A stretch of DNA of 63,484 nt, counting the filler, from Lenisia limosa (taxonomy: Eukaryota; Protista; Breviatea): the NCBI GenBank assembly GCA_001655205.1. It is 10 parts of 10 records of this genome, joined end to end, with 100 filler letters (N's around TTAATTAATTAA, not from the genome) between each part and the next. Parts side by side here need not be neighbours in the genome. Positions count along the whole stretch, not along the records: positions 10,729 to 15,092 come from LPNZ01010574.1; positions 15,193 to 41,810 come from LPNZ01005330.1; 8 more parts are not named here. One strand, given 5' to 3'. Position numbers and translations under genes: made by a program. Under the pieces are notes generated by a model. The model was not told where the DNA came from and did not search any database. It saw only the letters and a program-made list of their open reading frames with translations. Positions 13,629-26,883 of this stretch are shown here, piece by piece; the stretch's first letter is position 1; each line of letters starts with the position of its first letter.

Positions 13629-14836
13629 ATGATCAAATATATTGTATTTGCACTCCTCCTCGCCTTTGCGCTGGCTGATACCCCAGCCGACTGCCGCTCC
13701 GACCATGTTTGCTCTTCCTATCTTTAAATATTGCGAATTAGACCGTCTGTCCATTGATATTGAGATTTTAAACGATTTATTAGCATTCGAAGCCATTTTC
13801 TATCTTTTTTTTTTTTTTTCTGGATTTCCTTCACTCGTGCATGACCCCCCTTCGCACTCTAACCCGATACAGACTGTAGGAAAGTGGTATGTTGACCTTT
13901 CCGATGTCAGAAACATCAAGGATGAGAACAAGACCTGTCATGCTGTGAGTCTGATTGTTCATTCCTTTATATCCCGTCTTGTTCTGCTGTTGTCCTGGTA
14001 TCTATCACTATTCACAATCAGTTCACTGCTCAAATGAGAGGTGAAATGGAATTGAAGTACCCCAACATTGCTGAGATTACTTTCGGCGATTCCACTATCT
14101 ATGGGTTGGCCAACTGAGACAGGATTTTACTTACTTCATCGAATTTTTATTTTCTCGTTCCTTACTTAGGATATGGTCATAGCATGCATAATTTGATGGT
14201 TGTGGTTTGTTATAGTATCGAATATATGTGCATCCTGCACTCTTGTCAACAGATTTGATATCATCTCATTTTATAGAACCTGGACCCAAATCTACAACCA
14301 AGGATTCGAGGTAGGCATTCACTGATTTGATACACTGATCATTTTTTAGTCTGTGGGCCTGTTTTGACTTTTTAGGTCCGTGCTGCCGGATACGCACTGT
14401 TCGCCTTCTTCGACTACACGGTTGACGGTGACAAGGTGAGCGGGTCACTTGGGGAAAATTGGACCAGATTATTTGAAAAGTCTTTTATAGTATTTCTAAC
14501 CACACAGGTTACTTCTCTTTGCGACCAAACTCAACACGGTACTTTCTCCCTGTTCTCCCCTGACAGTCTTTCTTCTGGCCGTTGCTTCCGTGCTTCCAAG
14601 ATGGTATGGGTAGAACGAAGGAAATTTTGATGAATATTGATCAACAAAAATAATGTTGCACGCAGAAAAAACAGATGATATTCAAGTACCCAATGTTGAT
14701 TCCTTTTATTTTGTTTTGTTTTCATTAGTAGATTTTTTTTTTTTTTTACCTTGCTGTTTTACTTCTCCAGAAGAGTGAGCCCCTCACTGTCCATCAGTCC
14801 AGCAAGCCTATTGGACCTATCCCCACCATCTTCAAG
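13629..14836 (+). CDS. CTSC: Cathepsin C (dipeptidyl peptidase I), signal peptide plus exclusion domain (3' partial)
   Basis: MIKYIVFALLLAFALA-DTPADC...TVGKW...YGTWTQIYNQGFE|VRAAGYALFAFFDYTVDGDK|VTSLCDQT...CF matches the DTPxxC / IYNQGFE / FAFF / VTxxCxxT exclusion-domain pattern. The protease domain lies beyond the contig end. Confidence 0.88.
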
Positions 14837-15192
14837 GTGGGTGTTTAGAAGCACCTTGAAGCTTTTCTCAAAGCTACAACTTCCATATATCATATGATAT
14901 GTATATGTGCATGAAGCCTTTGATGTCTGCAATTCTAACTCTCTGGCACCTCCTGAATCTGTGGCATGAGACGGATTTAGGAGGGCCTTAGGCTATTGTC
15001 CTTATTCATGAGGGCTGTTGTCCTTATTCATAAATCTAATCCTTGTAGGTATGCTGGGGAGGCACGCAGAAAGCTGTGTGCACAGAGTTGTANNNNNNNN
15101 NNNNNNNNNNNNNNNNNNNNNNNNNNNNNNNNNNNNTTAATTAATTAANNNNNNNNNNNNNNNNNNNNNNNNNNNNNNNNNNNNNNNNNNNN

Positions 15193-15237
15193 GACTAAGG
15201 AAGGGGGGACTAAGGAAGGGGGGACTAAGGAAGGGGT
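15193..15237. repeat. Tandem repeat (gactaaggaaggggg) x3
   Basis: Read directly at the contig start. Confidence 0.85.
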
Positions 15238-15620
15238 AAGGGAAAACGAGTTGAGAGAATTAATTATGACTTCAATTCTTGGAAAAATATCTATCGTTAT
15301 GAATGATCAAGAATAATTTTTTCGGACCGGTTACGTCCTCTTCATTGGAAGTACTGATAGTTTTCAAAGAACGTTGGGTTGAGGATGGAATATCAAATAG
15401 CCCAAAGAAGGGTTTCAGATATGAATATCCAAGAAAAATTAACGAAAAAAAAAAATGGGAATAATTATATCGATATACTAGATATAGTGACCGGGACAAG
15501 GAAAATCGGCCAAGACTTAACCCGGTCACAGTTTTTTTTCGTACATAATGCATATGATATTATCAATATGTTTTTTTATTTTCTGATAAAAAAGACGACA
15601 CCCTAGTCCACGAGATATCC

Positions 15621-18600
15621 CTACTGTTTTGTAGCTGAAGGCACCATAGCCACTGAAGACTGTAACAGCCGTGCAACTGCCCTTACAAGCCCTAGAGTGT
15701 GTCAAAACGGAAGAAGTGTGAAGAACATGAGAGAGGTGAGTAGTAGACAGAATTAAAAGGAAAAAAAAAATAGGAAATTTCGTGTGAGTAAAAATATAAA
15801 TTAAACCCTTCCCGCCATACCATATCCAAACAAAGCTTCAACAGCATTGTTATCTAGAGAGGCTCCACTTAAGTCCTTCGACGCCAGCGGTAGAATCCGG
15901 GTGAGGTAGTGCAGAACCACAAGACAGGAGCAGGGGGACTCCGAGACATGGAGAATATGGATCGGTTTCGAGAATCCTGAAGAGTGGGGGAAACATTAGT
16001 AACATTGTTGCAACAATAAAAGAGGTCCAACGATCTGGGTTGATTGAAATATTACAATAGTGGTAACAATTATTGCACGGCGAAGGTTAAGTTATAAAAA
16101 TGACTCAATAAAGAGGTACATCAATCAAAGAAACTAGCCTACCAGGGGATGAAAGAATTTTTGAGTTTTGATTCTACAAAATTAGAAAAGATGGGGTAGG
16201 GGTAATCCTATTATATATAATAACCAAGAATGTGTATGTACAAGACAGCAGAAATTCTTGCCAATATTGAGATAATACAAATGCTGCAGTCTATGATGTG
16301 ATCACAACTGTCTGAAAGATGGAACAAAAATGCTTTTTTGATTACCTTGACACAAATATGGGTGTAAAGGCCCATGACTTCAAGGCGCAAATGGGTAGGT
16401 AGCTGGTCAAAGTGCGAAAATAGAGGCTGCAAAGTCAATCAAAAGATCAAAAAAATGGATTTGTGAAAAAAAAAAAGGCAAGATATTGGCATTATGGTAA
16501 TTCCTGGACATCGAACACGCCGTGCATACACTGAGGAGAATCGGTGCGAGGGTAGAGGCGTTTAATGCGTGTGATGTTAGGAGAGAGGCAAGGACGAGCA
16601 GAGAGTCTTCAGCCACGTGGGCCGGCTCCTAGATATTAGATGGACTTGTTGTGAACACTTTGAATAACAAAAAGCAGGGGTGGTGGGGGAAAGGACATAT
16701 GAGTTATGAGTATAGATCAATGGCCAATAGTGAACAGCCATCATAATTATCCGTCCGGGCCTGTCAACCCCCAACCTGAATGTTATGAAACGCAAACACC
16801 AGAGCTGTGATGCCGTCAATCCATCTCACTGCTCCATCGCCTGAACAGTAAGGAAAGCTACTAATGTATGTATGTGTGTATATTATCCGCCTGATAGCAA
16901 CCGAATTATAAATGAGAAATACAACAACACTATAGAGAACACCCAGACCCCACCATTAGGGTTTCACATCCGTTCGAAAAAAGACTGAATTTCTTATTAA
17001 ATCCTCGAAAACTATCGATGTTTTTCTGGTATTTTTTGAAACGAAGTGAGGCCCAACCCACCACGCAACGGCTTTTCCTCAAGTTTTGAACGAGGTGCTT
17101 TTAGAGGTGCGGGAGAAATCTGATCCAACGCTGAGGCCGCAAGAGTTCCTGGAAGTGAAATCAGATAATGACTCAGTAGGATAATACAGCAGAATGAGGA
17201 AATTCTGTTTCTGGAGCTTGTTGCATTTTACAGATTTCCAACAACGCGTCACAAAAAAAAACAGAACACGGTTACTATTTTCAAATTTTGATATCGGCGT
17301 GTCAGAGACAAACCAAACGATCCAATCACTGAGTAGTGCTTTCTTACCTTCAGGGGGCTGGAGGNNNNNNNNNNNNNNNNNNNNNNNNNNNNNNNNNNNN
17401 NNNNNNNNNNNNNNNNNNNNNNNNNNNNNNNNNNNNNNNNNNNNNNNNNNNNNNNNGGAGAGTAGCGAGGGTCCGTGTGCCTGGTGGTCAGGCATTGTTA
17501 GGACTCAAAATAACAAAAGCTTATAATATTACATATCAAAAATACTATTACATTCTGCTTTCCCGATATAACATTTTATCATTTTGCATTGAAAGACAGA
17601 GTAGAAAAAGAAAAAAACACTGTGATAAAATATATCAGATTGACTGTATGAATCCCCGGTGGATGTGAACAAATTACAACCCAAACCAAATTCTTACACT
17701 TCGCAAGGCCAACCTGAGCAAACAACACACACGGCGAGCACCCATTGACCCTCGAAGACGCCGAGGCAAACACAAGGGCCTCAAGAACTTCAACACTGGC
17801 CGTGGGGTGCGGCATCTTCTTCAAAATGGACATGAGCCAAGCTGGGGAAAAGGATGAGATATGCCTTGATAAGATAATTAGGAGGGGATGAGATATGCCT
17901 TGATAAGATAATTAGGAGGGGATGAGCGTACCAACTAACAATGTTATTATACTAGTAGCAAAATAAAAACTATGACATAGTGTCGCTACATATCATTACA
18001 TATGAACAAAAGAACGAAACAAAAGACATCAAACAAGCAATACTCTCCCCTCTTACCAGTGACCATATTAACAACCCGGCAAGATAGAGAGGGCAAAGTG
18101 ACACAATCCCCTGGTCCATTGGAGGCATCATCCAGAGCCCAGCAAAGCGCCAGCTTATCATAGTCAATTTCACTCAACGACGGTCGCTCCTGTTCCGAGA
18201 CTTGTTTTCCCTTATCATCCTTATTGCCGCTTTCCAATGAGATTTCGGAATCACTAAGTACGGTACCAGTCATTAAGGTGCTCGCTGCAGTGGCGCCCAT
18301 AGACACTTCGAACTCCTGCACGGCACGGGAGAGACGTATATTTTTCGTTTCTCGAGCTAACTCCTGCTCCAGACAGAAACAGGGGAGTGGTGAATCCGAG
18401 CCCGAAACAAAGACCAGAATCCGTGCAAAGAATCGGATAAAGGCCCTCAGAACACCGGTGACGTGAGCTAGCTTCTCAGCCACGTCAGCAAGACGGGTCA
18501 AAAGGTTCTCCATGGGGGAGCCGACAGAGTTGAAGGGCTGGACCGGGACGCAGCTTATGGAATGTGATGGCGATGATAACGTGGCAGGGGCGATTGGAAC

Positions 18601-21385
18601 GCCTCGATGTGTGACTGGGACCTATGGCATGAACGTAAGTTATGAAGATATACAGAGAAGCCTGTTGATATCTAATTTGAAAAGAGGTCTCACAGATTTT
18701 GAAAACACAATATAGCAATGCCATTCCTTCAATGCAATATACAACTGTTATCTTATATATACTTAAGCACAATAAAATATACCTGGGGGGGCAAGGCCTC
18801 TGACGTGTTTCTGACCCACACGGACCACCTTCGAGGAGGCTGCGGAGGTGGTGTCATTGCCCGCGTTGAGACGTCCCAATGTGGCTCTGCGGAGGTGAGG
18901 AGGGGGGTTGGAAGTAAAAAATCAACTCTCATGTTTCAAAAATGGGGAAGTGGTACTTCAACTTACAGTGACCGGGATAAGTCTTGACCGATTTGTTCTG
19001 TGATTTCCCAAAGAAAATCGGTCAAGCCTTACCCCGGTCACTGCACACGTGTTGGAACTATTATTGCTGCTGAAAAGAATGGAAGTATCCCTAGTAAGTA
19101 AACTGAGAGTCGGAATTCTCATTAAGCTTCTAGCCTCTTCATTTACTACTACTGGTTCTGTCCACTCGCAAACCTCTTAATGACTTAACCTCGGCTTCAG
19201 GGGGATATGACGGCCTACTTGGGGGTGCCAAAAGCTCAAAAACTACTTCGGGATGCGAGACAGTTTCCTAAAAAGTAAATGATGACAAGAATGAAATGAA
19301 AACATAGGGCAGCGTTCTTATTTGAATTTGAATTTGTTGAACATAAGAGTGTTCAAAAACATATAGGTGAGGGGGTATTCTGGAAGCCGACTGAAGCTTT
19401 CATAATATTCCAAATTTGTGGTAAGTGTTCTGGAAATGCCAAAGTGCTTTAATTTAGTTATGCACTTTGAATATATTTCGTATCCCCCTCCACTAACCTG
19501 AAGAGCACCAATGAGTGCGGTCATAGCCCGGGCTGGCGATGATAACGAACTGGACTGGAACTGAACCGGGGCTAATTTCGTATAGCCGTCATCCACCTTC
19601 GGTATCCGGGGCTCTTCCATGGGCGACAGCGGCCGAGGCGAATCAGGGAATACTGAATCAAGAACCGGGGTAACACTGAAAGTCGCTGCGGTTCCCCCAA
19701 CAGGCCCGGGTATTCCGGGGTACCCATGGCATTCCAACTCGCTGCTGACGTTGCTGACAACACTGAAGGTCCGCGGCCGTGATGTTGATGGTTGTTTTGG
19801 GTCGTGGACTGGTGGGAAGACCGGTACGGCAGGGTGGCTTGAGGAGGCGTGGAAGACGGGGAAAAGGTCTCTAAATTCGTAAACCAAAGAGGAGGGGAGA
19901 ATAAAAAAATGTATGCTTGAGAAAAATTCCTGTAGCTATGTCCAAATAAAAACACGTGGTAATATTGAACAAACACATGTGGCTAAACAGACGGTGCCAA
20001 CCCACCTGAGAGCTGAAAACTCAAAAACTGGCGCATCTTGTGTGGAAGCCACTCTAATTGCGTCATTGACATGACTCGCCAGCGCCTCAATCGCCACACC
20101 GAGAGCAGACGCGAAACCCGGGTTCCTTGGAGACACCTTCGTTAGCTTGTCTAAAGAGCAATGTGAGTTTATGGTGTGCAATGTTGTTTTGAAGTTAATG
20201 ATGGAAATGGAAATATGTCAAACTTTACAAATAATAGAACTTAATAGTGAGTTTTTTTTTTTACAAAACAATGAGAGGCAACATTAAATACATGCATGAG
20301 TGCTACTTAATACGGGGAAATGGATGTTCAAATTAAACACATCATCAAATTCATCAGAGAATTGTGATATATCAAACACTATTCAAGGTGCACTCAGAAC
20401 ACCCGCTAACGTAGTGCCGCACAAAAGAAGACACCTTTCTCTGAGGACAAAAAAGACGCTAGCGCCGAGGTTCGAACTGCCACTGTTGGAGGCAGCGCGA
20501 CAGGATACGTCCATGGTAGATTCTCAAGATCGACTTCGGCTGAAACGGTATGGTCGGTTATTGGTAGATTTGGGGAGGCTGACTTCGGCGTAACCTAAAA
20601 ATCGTTACTTCCAGGTCAATCTTTGATTTTTATGCAAAAAAAAAGGAATGTAATAAAGATGTAAACGTTGTATCTTGCCATAGCCGCCCACACCAAAATC
20701 TATCTATTGGTTATATTCTCTCAAACAATCAACATCACAACCCCTCACCGAAGCTAGGTGGCTACATGTTGGCGTAATATCACAATTTGACGATGGAGGT
20801 GCAGCGCTTGGGTGGTGTGTGGGTCCCAACGTTGGCGGTACAAGACAGACATGAACAATCTGGAGAGCTGAGGACAATGGAAGAAATAAAAAAGAACTTT
20901 TTAGTCATGATTGTCAATGTGTAGGTCAGTAATTTGTTTAACTCACTCAATGAAACAATATGTTTGAGGACAAGAGATTATTGCCATAGGTATTGTTGAT
21001 AATTCTGGTCACTCTCAAAACCAAGAAAAACATGATCCCACTGTGTACCCAACTTGTAAACAGAACAAAAAAACTCTTTGAGTGACATTAAATTGCAGAG
21101 GAAACAATTCACCTAATAACAGAATAATGAATGACAAAAGCCCCAAGTTTTCCACACCTTTCTACCCACCTCAATGAACAAGTTTTGGAAGAATTCTGGA
21201 AGAGATCTGTCAACTGTCGAGACAACAGGGGCTAAATGTCCCTCGGAAAGCTGACATAAGGATCGAGAAAGCTCTTGAACGTGGGAGGCCAAGGCAAGAG
21301 TCTGTGGGTTGGGGTAGTTCCGGTTATCGCTTTGAATGGCAGACCATGCTTGTGAAACAGCGCGATAACCGCTGGAGGAGGCCAT
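15621..21385 (-). CDS. Large multi-exon hypothetical protein (helical and Ser/Pro-rich segments)
   Basis: Series of GT-AG exons on one strand from MASSSGYRAVSQAWSAIQSD... through PGFASALGVAIEALASHV, FRDLFPVFHASSSHP..., EQELARETKNIRLSRAV..., ending LLVRAVARLLQSSVAMVPSATKQ*. Not all junctions were verified. Confidence 0.6.
16957..17056. mobile_element. MITE family A (about 100 bp, TIR GGGCTTCACTTCGG, TA-flanked), copy 1
   Basis: tagggtttcacatccgttcg...gaaacgaagtgaggccc, with the core aaaagactgaatttct..ataaatcctcgaaaactatcgat shared among copies. Confidence 0.85.
17852..17925. repeat. Perfect 34-bp tandem duplication (intronic)
   Basis: ggatgagatatgccttgataagataattaggagg x2. Confidence 0.9.
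18966..19043. mobile_element. MITE family B (78 bp, Tc1/mariner-like TIR CAGTGACCGGGATAAGTCTTGACCGATT)
   Basis: TA-cagtgaccgggataagtcttgaccgatt...aatcggtcaagccttaccccggtcactg. Confidence 0.88.
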
Positions 21386-21683
21386 AGCCAGGGAATAAGG
21401 TTGAACTTTACTTCATGATTATATTTTTACATTTTGCCTATAATAATAACAATCGCTCAATAATGTTAACACAGTTACACCTTCATCATCAACCTTTATT
21501 GCGTAATTAATTTAATGTTTAAAATACTCGACGTTGGCGTGGCGCGAATATATAACACAGGCAGTAATTGTTTAAAGGACTCTCCTTTATTTGCTTAAAA
21601 TGTTATACTTATATATCAACATGTTATAATAAAAATTTGATACGAAATAATAATTTGTGGGCAGGGTTCCTCGATCTCCCAAC
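21386..21683. promoter_or_regulatory. Putative bidirectional promoter between divergent genes
   Basis: About 300-bp AT-rich interval between two divergent ATGs, containing a small GC-rich island (gacgttggcgtggcgcg). Positional inference only. Confidence 0.35.
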
Positions 21684-24600
21684 ATGCCAAGAGCATTCCT
21701 GAACACGGCGCTTAGCCTTGTTCTTGCTCTGCTTCTTGTCTTACAAGCAACTCAAGCCCGAACTGATCGGATTAGTCTCGATTTCTCTGATGCTGATGAT
21801 GAGGAAGTGCATGACTGGGTGGGTCTTCAACCGTATTAGGTGTTCATTAACCAACAATGTTACAACAATCAACCATCATTTTTTGTATCAGAACTACTAA
21901 CCTGATGAAATTTTTAGGCTGTGTTACCACTGGATATGTTTGCGTTGAGGCCCAATGGGACGTGTAACGTTGCAGTTTCGTTCACTGTATGCAGGGCGAA
22001 ATTGGTACCCCTTCAAAGGAAAATTTAAAGGGGAACAGCAACCAACCAGAAATTTCAGAATATAGAATCTTGACTTATATAAACATCAACTTATTCACCA
22101 GAGACCCGTATACATTATTATTAGAGAGCCGAATAACTAATATATCATATAAGCGTGATGGTGTGGACGGCTCTGGACGGCCTTGGCCAGATATAACCTT
22201 ATTTTTTTTATTTCTCATTGTTATATATGCAATCGACCCGTCTTTAGATATTTTTATCAGCTCCCTTTTCGATTATCACTCTTCAGCCGAGCAACTCCAC
22301 AATGAGCATTGTTCTTGCTTGGCTTGGAAACACCCAGGCAGTGGGCGGGTGTTGGCTATCAATTTTGAGATCATTTTCATTCCCCATCATTTTGATCATT
22401 GATTTTTATCTATGTATCCGTCGGTTAGGTTTTGCAGTGGGGATGGTTGGCTGTGAAACACTATTTCGGATACCAATGAACTAAAGATGATCAAAAAGTT
22501 CACCATAGTATTACGAGTAGGGCTTCCCTTCGGTCCCAAAAAAAGACCAAATATCCCGATAAATCCTCGATATAAATCGATATTTCAACGGGGGTTTTCC
22601 GGACTGCAGGGAAGCCCTAATTAGGAGACTCATAATAATCTATCAAATGCATCTTGTAATAATGCTCTTTTATATTGAAACTTAATTTCTGAATGGATTT
22701 ATTTCTCAACAATGCAGAAACGAATTGGTCCGATATCCTCGCAGTCGATAACAAACATTTGTGATTTGCCAAGTTACAGTGTATGTAGTGTTGATAATGA
22801 TCCTTTTCTAATCAGAAATCACCCAATCTCACTTAGTGAGATTAAACTTCACTTGGGTTGATTTCCAACATACATACATACTGCTCCAAACTTTGTATGT
22901 ACATTCCAAGAATTCCAATGATGCAGAGGCGGGCGGTTTACGGATCACTGGAAACAGAATTCAAAGCCTCAAGTTTGGACCAGTACCATCTGGCCGTCCT
23001 CAATTGCGACAAACTCAGAGTCAAAGTGGATGTTTGTGGACAATAGCCTTCTTTGCTATTTACTTCTTTTTCGAATGCACTACAATGCTGCGTTATCTGC
23101 TGTTTTCCCCTGAATTTTGGGAAGTAGCGTTCGTCATTTTATTATGTGTGTTAACAACAAATTAATCGAACTTGTGAATCTTATATCTTATTACCATATT
23201 AAGATGGAAGTCACGTGGATGAATCCTGAGAATGACGAGCGCTCTGCTGAGCAGCACGGTGTTGGCACGGCCGCTTTGGGTAGGTTTTGAAGAATACTCA
23301 ACTTATGGTATTATAACTGGATCTTTCAAAAAAAAATGACTGAAATTTTTGATAAATATCGATATTTTATCAATCTTTTTCGAACAGAAGTGAATCCCTA
23401 ATTACCACTCATGTATCCATTGACTTATGATTATTTTTGCTTCACTACTACATATAAGACAATACCATTTCGTATTTTCAAATAACATTACCCTAATCTA
23501 AGTTCCAGTCAGTAGGACTGACCTTGTAGTCATAGCAGGTTTCTATGCGGCTTTAGGCTCTACATGGTCGTATTTCCAACTCACGGCAACATTCGCAAAC
23601 TAGTGAGTTAAAGCCTTCATATTGACGTAGTTCTTGGGTTTGGCTTAATTTTATGATTCTATGGAAGCACTCTTCAAATATGTTATTGAAAATCTAAAAT
23701 ATGGTGAATTTTGTTTTCATAAAACGATAATTGATATCACAAATAAACGCATAGCCTTCCTTTGAAATACAGCAACAGTCCCACCGAGCCTTGGTGATTT
23801 AAACTCAGCATAAACTAACACTCAGCAACTCACGTATTCCTCGCCTTTGTCGGAAGTCTCCGATCACTTGGATTTTCTTGGGCATCTGTGCTGTGAAGGT
23901 GGGAATAGGAATAGTGTTTCCTTTAGATTTAATAAAGTTGTCCGATTTGTCTTTGATTACCATTGATATATGGGTAATTTGTGTGTTTTTCACTGGAATC
24001 CTCACATTTTCAGGTGTTTTCCTATATTTTGTATTCTTTTGTCGCAAACACCTCGCACGAAGATGGTATTCCTATGAAAACCCACAGCCTCCGGTAGGAA
24101 TTGCAATATAAATACAAGGGGATATTTTTATGAATGCGATTTATGTTGTCAACCTGTTATCTCTTCTTCAATGAACCAGCCACATCATTTTCATCCTTCT
24201 TAATCAATCAGCCACATCATTCTTAATCAATCAGCCAGTCACATTATTTAATCCTTCTTAATCAACCAGACACATCATCTTCATTCTGATTGCTCTCTCG
24301 AATGCCTGCATTCTTGGTTCCATCCACGTCATATGTGAGAGCTTCTACGAGGCTCAGTACCGAACCCGCGGGAAAATGCTCGTTGGACTCTCTTGTCGTG
24401 AGAGGTGTTTACTATTCTCTCCCTAAATATCAGCGAATATTAAATGGATTGTTGAGATTCGATTTATCTTAGCGGAGCAAAGGTTGATATCCTACACTGA
24501 TACATATGCCTCCCAAGACGTCTAGCTCTGTAAAACCCCTAACACAGTTATCCTGAGTGTTTTGTTTCCATTTATTAATAATTCACCCCGCAGTGTATCT

Positions 24601-26090
24601 TGCATACATCACTTCGGAGTATTTTAGGCTTGACGCTGGATTTTTGGACCCCTCCGAAGGCTATATTGTAGGAATCACCTACTGTTTAACTGGACATAAT
24701 TGTTTTTGATTATAATTCCTATTAACAGAACTTTAAGCTGTGGTGTATTAGGTGATTCAGATTCGTATGTATTCGTCAGCTAATGTCACTCATTGATGAC
24801 TTACCCACCAGTATTACACAACGATTTTATCTTATCATTAAAATACCTTTTCCCCGAACTTGACCACAACTTACCCCCAAAGATCCTGAGCATCTTCCTT
24901 GCCATTGTGATAGTGTGCATGGTATTTTCGATTGCGCGTTTCAGTGCCTTGGCTTGTAATCAGGTGAGACCCCCCCCCCNNNNNNNNNNNNNNNNNNNNN
25001 NNNNNNNNNNNNNNNNNNNNNAATTGTACCCCACCCTCCCCCATTCGCTGTAGTAATGGGATGTGGTGCTGCAAAATTGTCTGGCCTGACCTTTTTTTTC
25101 TATTTGCTTTTAACCTTGTGCATTTCCCAAATGCTTTTCAACAAAATTGATTCTGGACTACTATCTTGAAACATCTATAAGATATATCATATTACGATAA
25201 TAAAAGTGTGAAAAACTATATGATTGACGATATAATACACCATTTTCCCTTTCAAGAAATTTCAGGTCGTGTTTTGATTTTGTTTAGTTTGTTGCTATCG
25301 CCAGCAGAAATCCTCTACAAAACCCTCTCCCTGCCTACTTCAGCATTCTTGCAACAAAACTGACGTCAGTGGTTTTTTTACCTATGGATGATTTTTCTAC
25401 ACTAATAATAGTTTTGTGCCTCATCTTTTCATAGTATCCATTTGACTTGCTGAGCTTTCCACACATATCATATACTTATTGAACATTTTCTTAACATTTA
25501 GTGGGATATTGGCTGCAATAATGATAGCGCCGATTCTGCTTGTTGCTGGCCCCTTCCTTCAATACACTTTGTTGTCGTGGAAACAGCAATGGCTAATTTT
25601 GATAATGGACGAATTTCCTTATGCCTTTGTCCTCACCCCTTCCATGTGAGGCTTGGGATTTCATAGGAAACCAATTTTTTCATCAACTCTAATTCAGGTT
25701 AACCATCTTATTATATGAATTACTTGATGTATTCACAATTTTCTGTATTATAATTCATATTCCAGATTTCTTCTACAGCCCATCACCAAGAAAGAAGCAT
25801 ACGACTTCTTTGCAGTTCTTCGAGACTCCTTAAATATGCGACGTGGGTGAAGGGGGAAGGGGTGTTTTTTGGGAACTGGGGTAATAGCCATGCAGTTTTG
25901 CGTATTTTTATTATTCCTTATGCTTCCCTGGACATCGGTCTCCATCTAGTCCGGTTTTGATGATTATCTAGAGAAGGTCCGGACAGGACTTGTTCCTGAT
26001 TCCTTTTTACTTATTTCTACATTTTGACCTCATCAGCTGATGCACTTGGACCAACCATTAATGAGAGTGATAGTGACAGGTACGTTCTTT
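21684..26090 (+). CDS. Signal-peptide, multi-pass membrane protein (possibly GOST/7TM-like)
   Basis: MPRAFLNTALSLVLALLLVLQATQA signal peptide, a luminal region, then hydrophobic exons (LVVIAGFYAALGSTWSYF; ILSIFLAIVIVCMVFSIA; GILAAIMIAPILLVAGPFLQY). Some internal exons could not be joined cleanly and the 3' end is approximate. Confidence 0.5.
22518..22619. mobile_element. MITE family A copy
   Basis: tagggcttcccttcggtcc...ggactgcagggaagcccta. Confidence 0.85.
24172..24285. repeat. Degenerate tandem repeat (ttcttaatcaatcagccacatcat-like)
   Basis: The motif recurs about 4 times. Confidence 0.7.
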
Positions 26091-26883
26091 TGGTTGACAC
26101 GAAGCACTGGTTTACTTTTCCATACTAACTCAACTAATATTCTGAGAACTTACTTACCATTATATAATTTGAGGGTTTTTTTGTAATATTTTTATATTTT
26201 ATCAGGTAGTATCAATACCGTGACTTTATACAAAGTTTAAAAACTACTTTCAAGGCTATCTGATCCTTTCTTTACAGCATATCACCAACAGATGTTGAAT
26301 ATCTAGTTCCATACTACTGCAGACAATTGAGCCGTCCCATCCACCCGAGGAGGAAGGTCTGGAATATTCCCTCCCTTCCGCTGTCCCTCCTTCACCAGGC
26401 GAAGAGTCCAATGCAGCGACATAGTGGTTCGTTGGTGCTGGTGGAATTTTTTTGTCAATTAAAACCACTTTGTCTCATGGTATACACCGCTACAGCTACT
26501 AATCTTTTGCAATACATCCACTGCTTATTTTCAAAACATGTTCTACTCTTTAATCATTACATAGGCTTGATAACTGGAGCAAGGTGTCTCAGAGTATTTT
26601 GTTTTGAACTTGTATATATGTTACCAATTTTGTTTCTTCTTTCTCTGTTTCTCGATTAATTTTTAGTTCATAACAGATCAAACCAAGAATTATGTTATCG
26701 ATTACAGTCCAAAAAAAACTATATTTCTTTCTATTTATTTCATGACAATATATTTTCTTAGAAGATCCAAATTAGGTTTTTGTGGTTAATATTCATTAAC
26801 TTGACAAAATGCAGGCAACATTATCAAACATAATACAAACAAAACTGGATACAAAATGGATGTTCAAGAAAAGCAGTTACAGC

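Noticed and set aside
14212-14226. Micro-exon in cathepsin C
   Set aside because: Direct splicing from about 14105 to 14278 already gives YGTWTQIYNQGFE, which matches the family, so no micro-exon is needed.
20460-20485. tRNA T-loop-like ggttcgaactgcca
   Set aside because: No cloverleaf or A box, and it lies in an apparent coding exon of the minus-strand gene.
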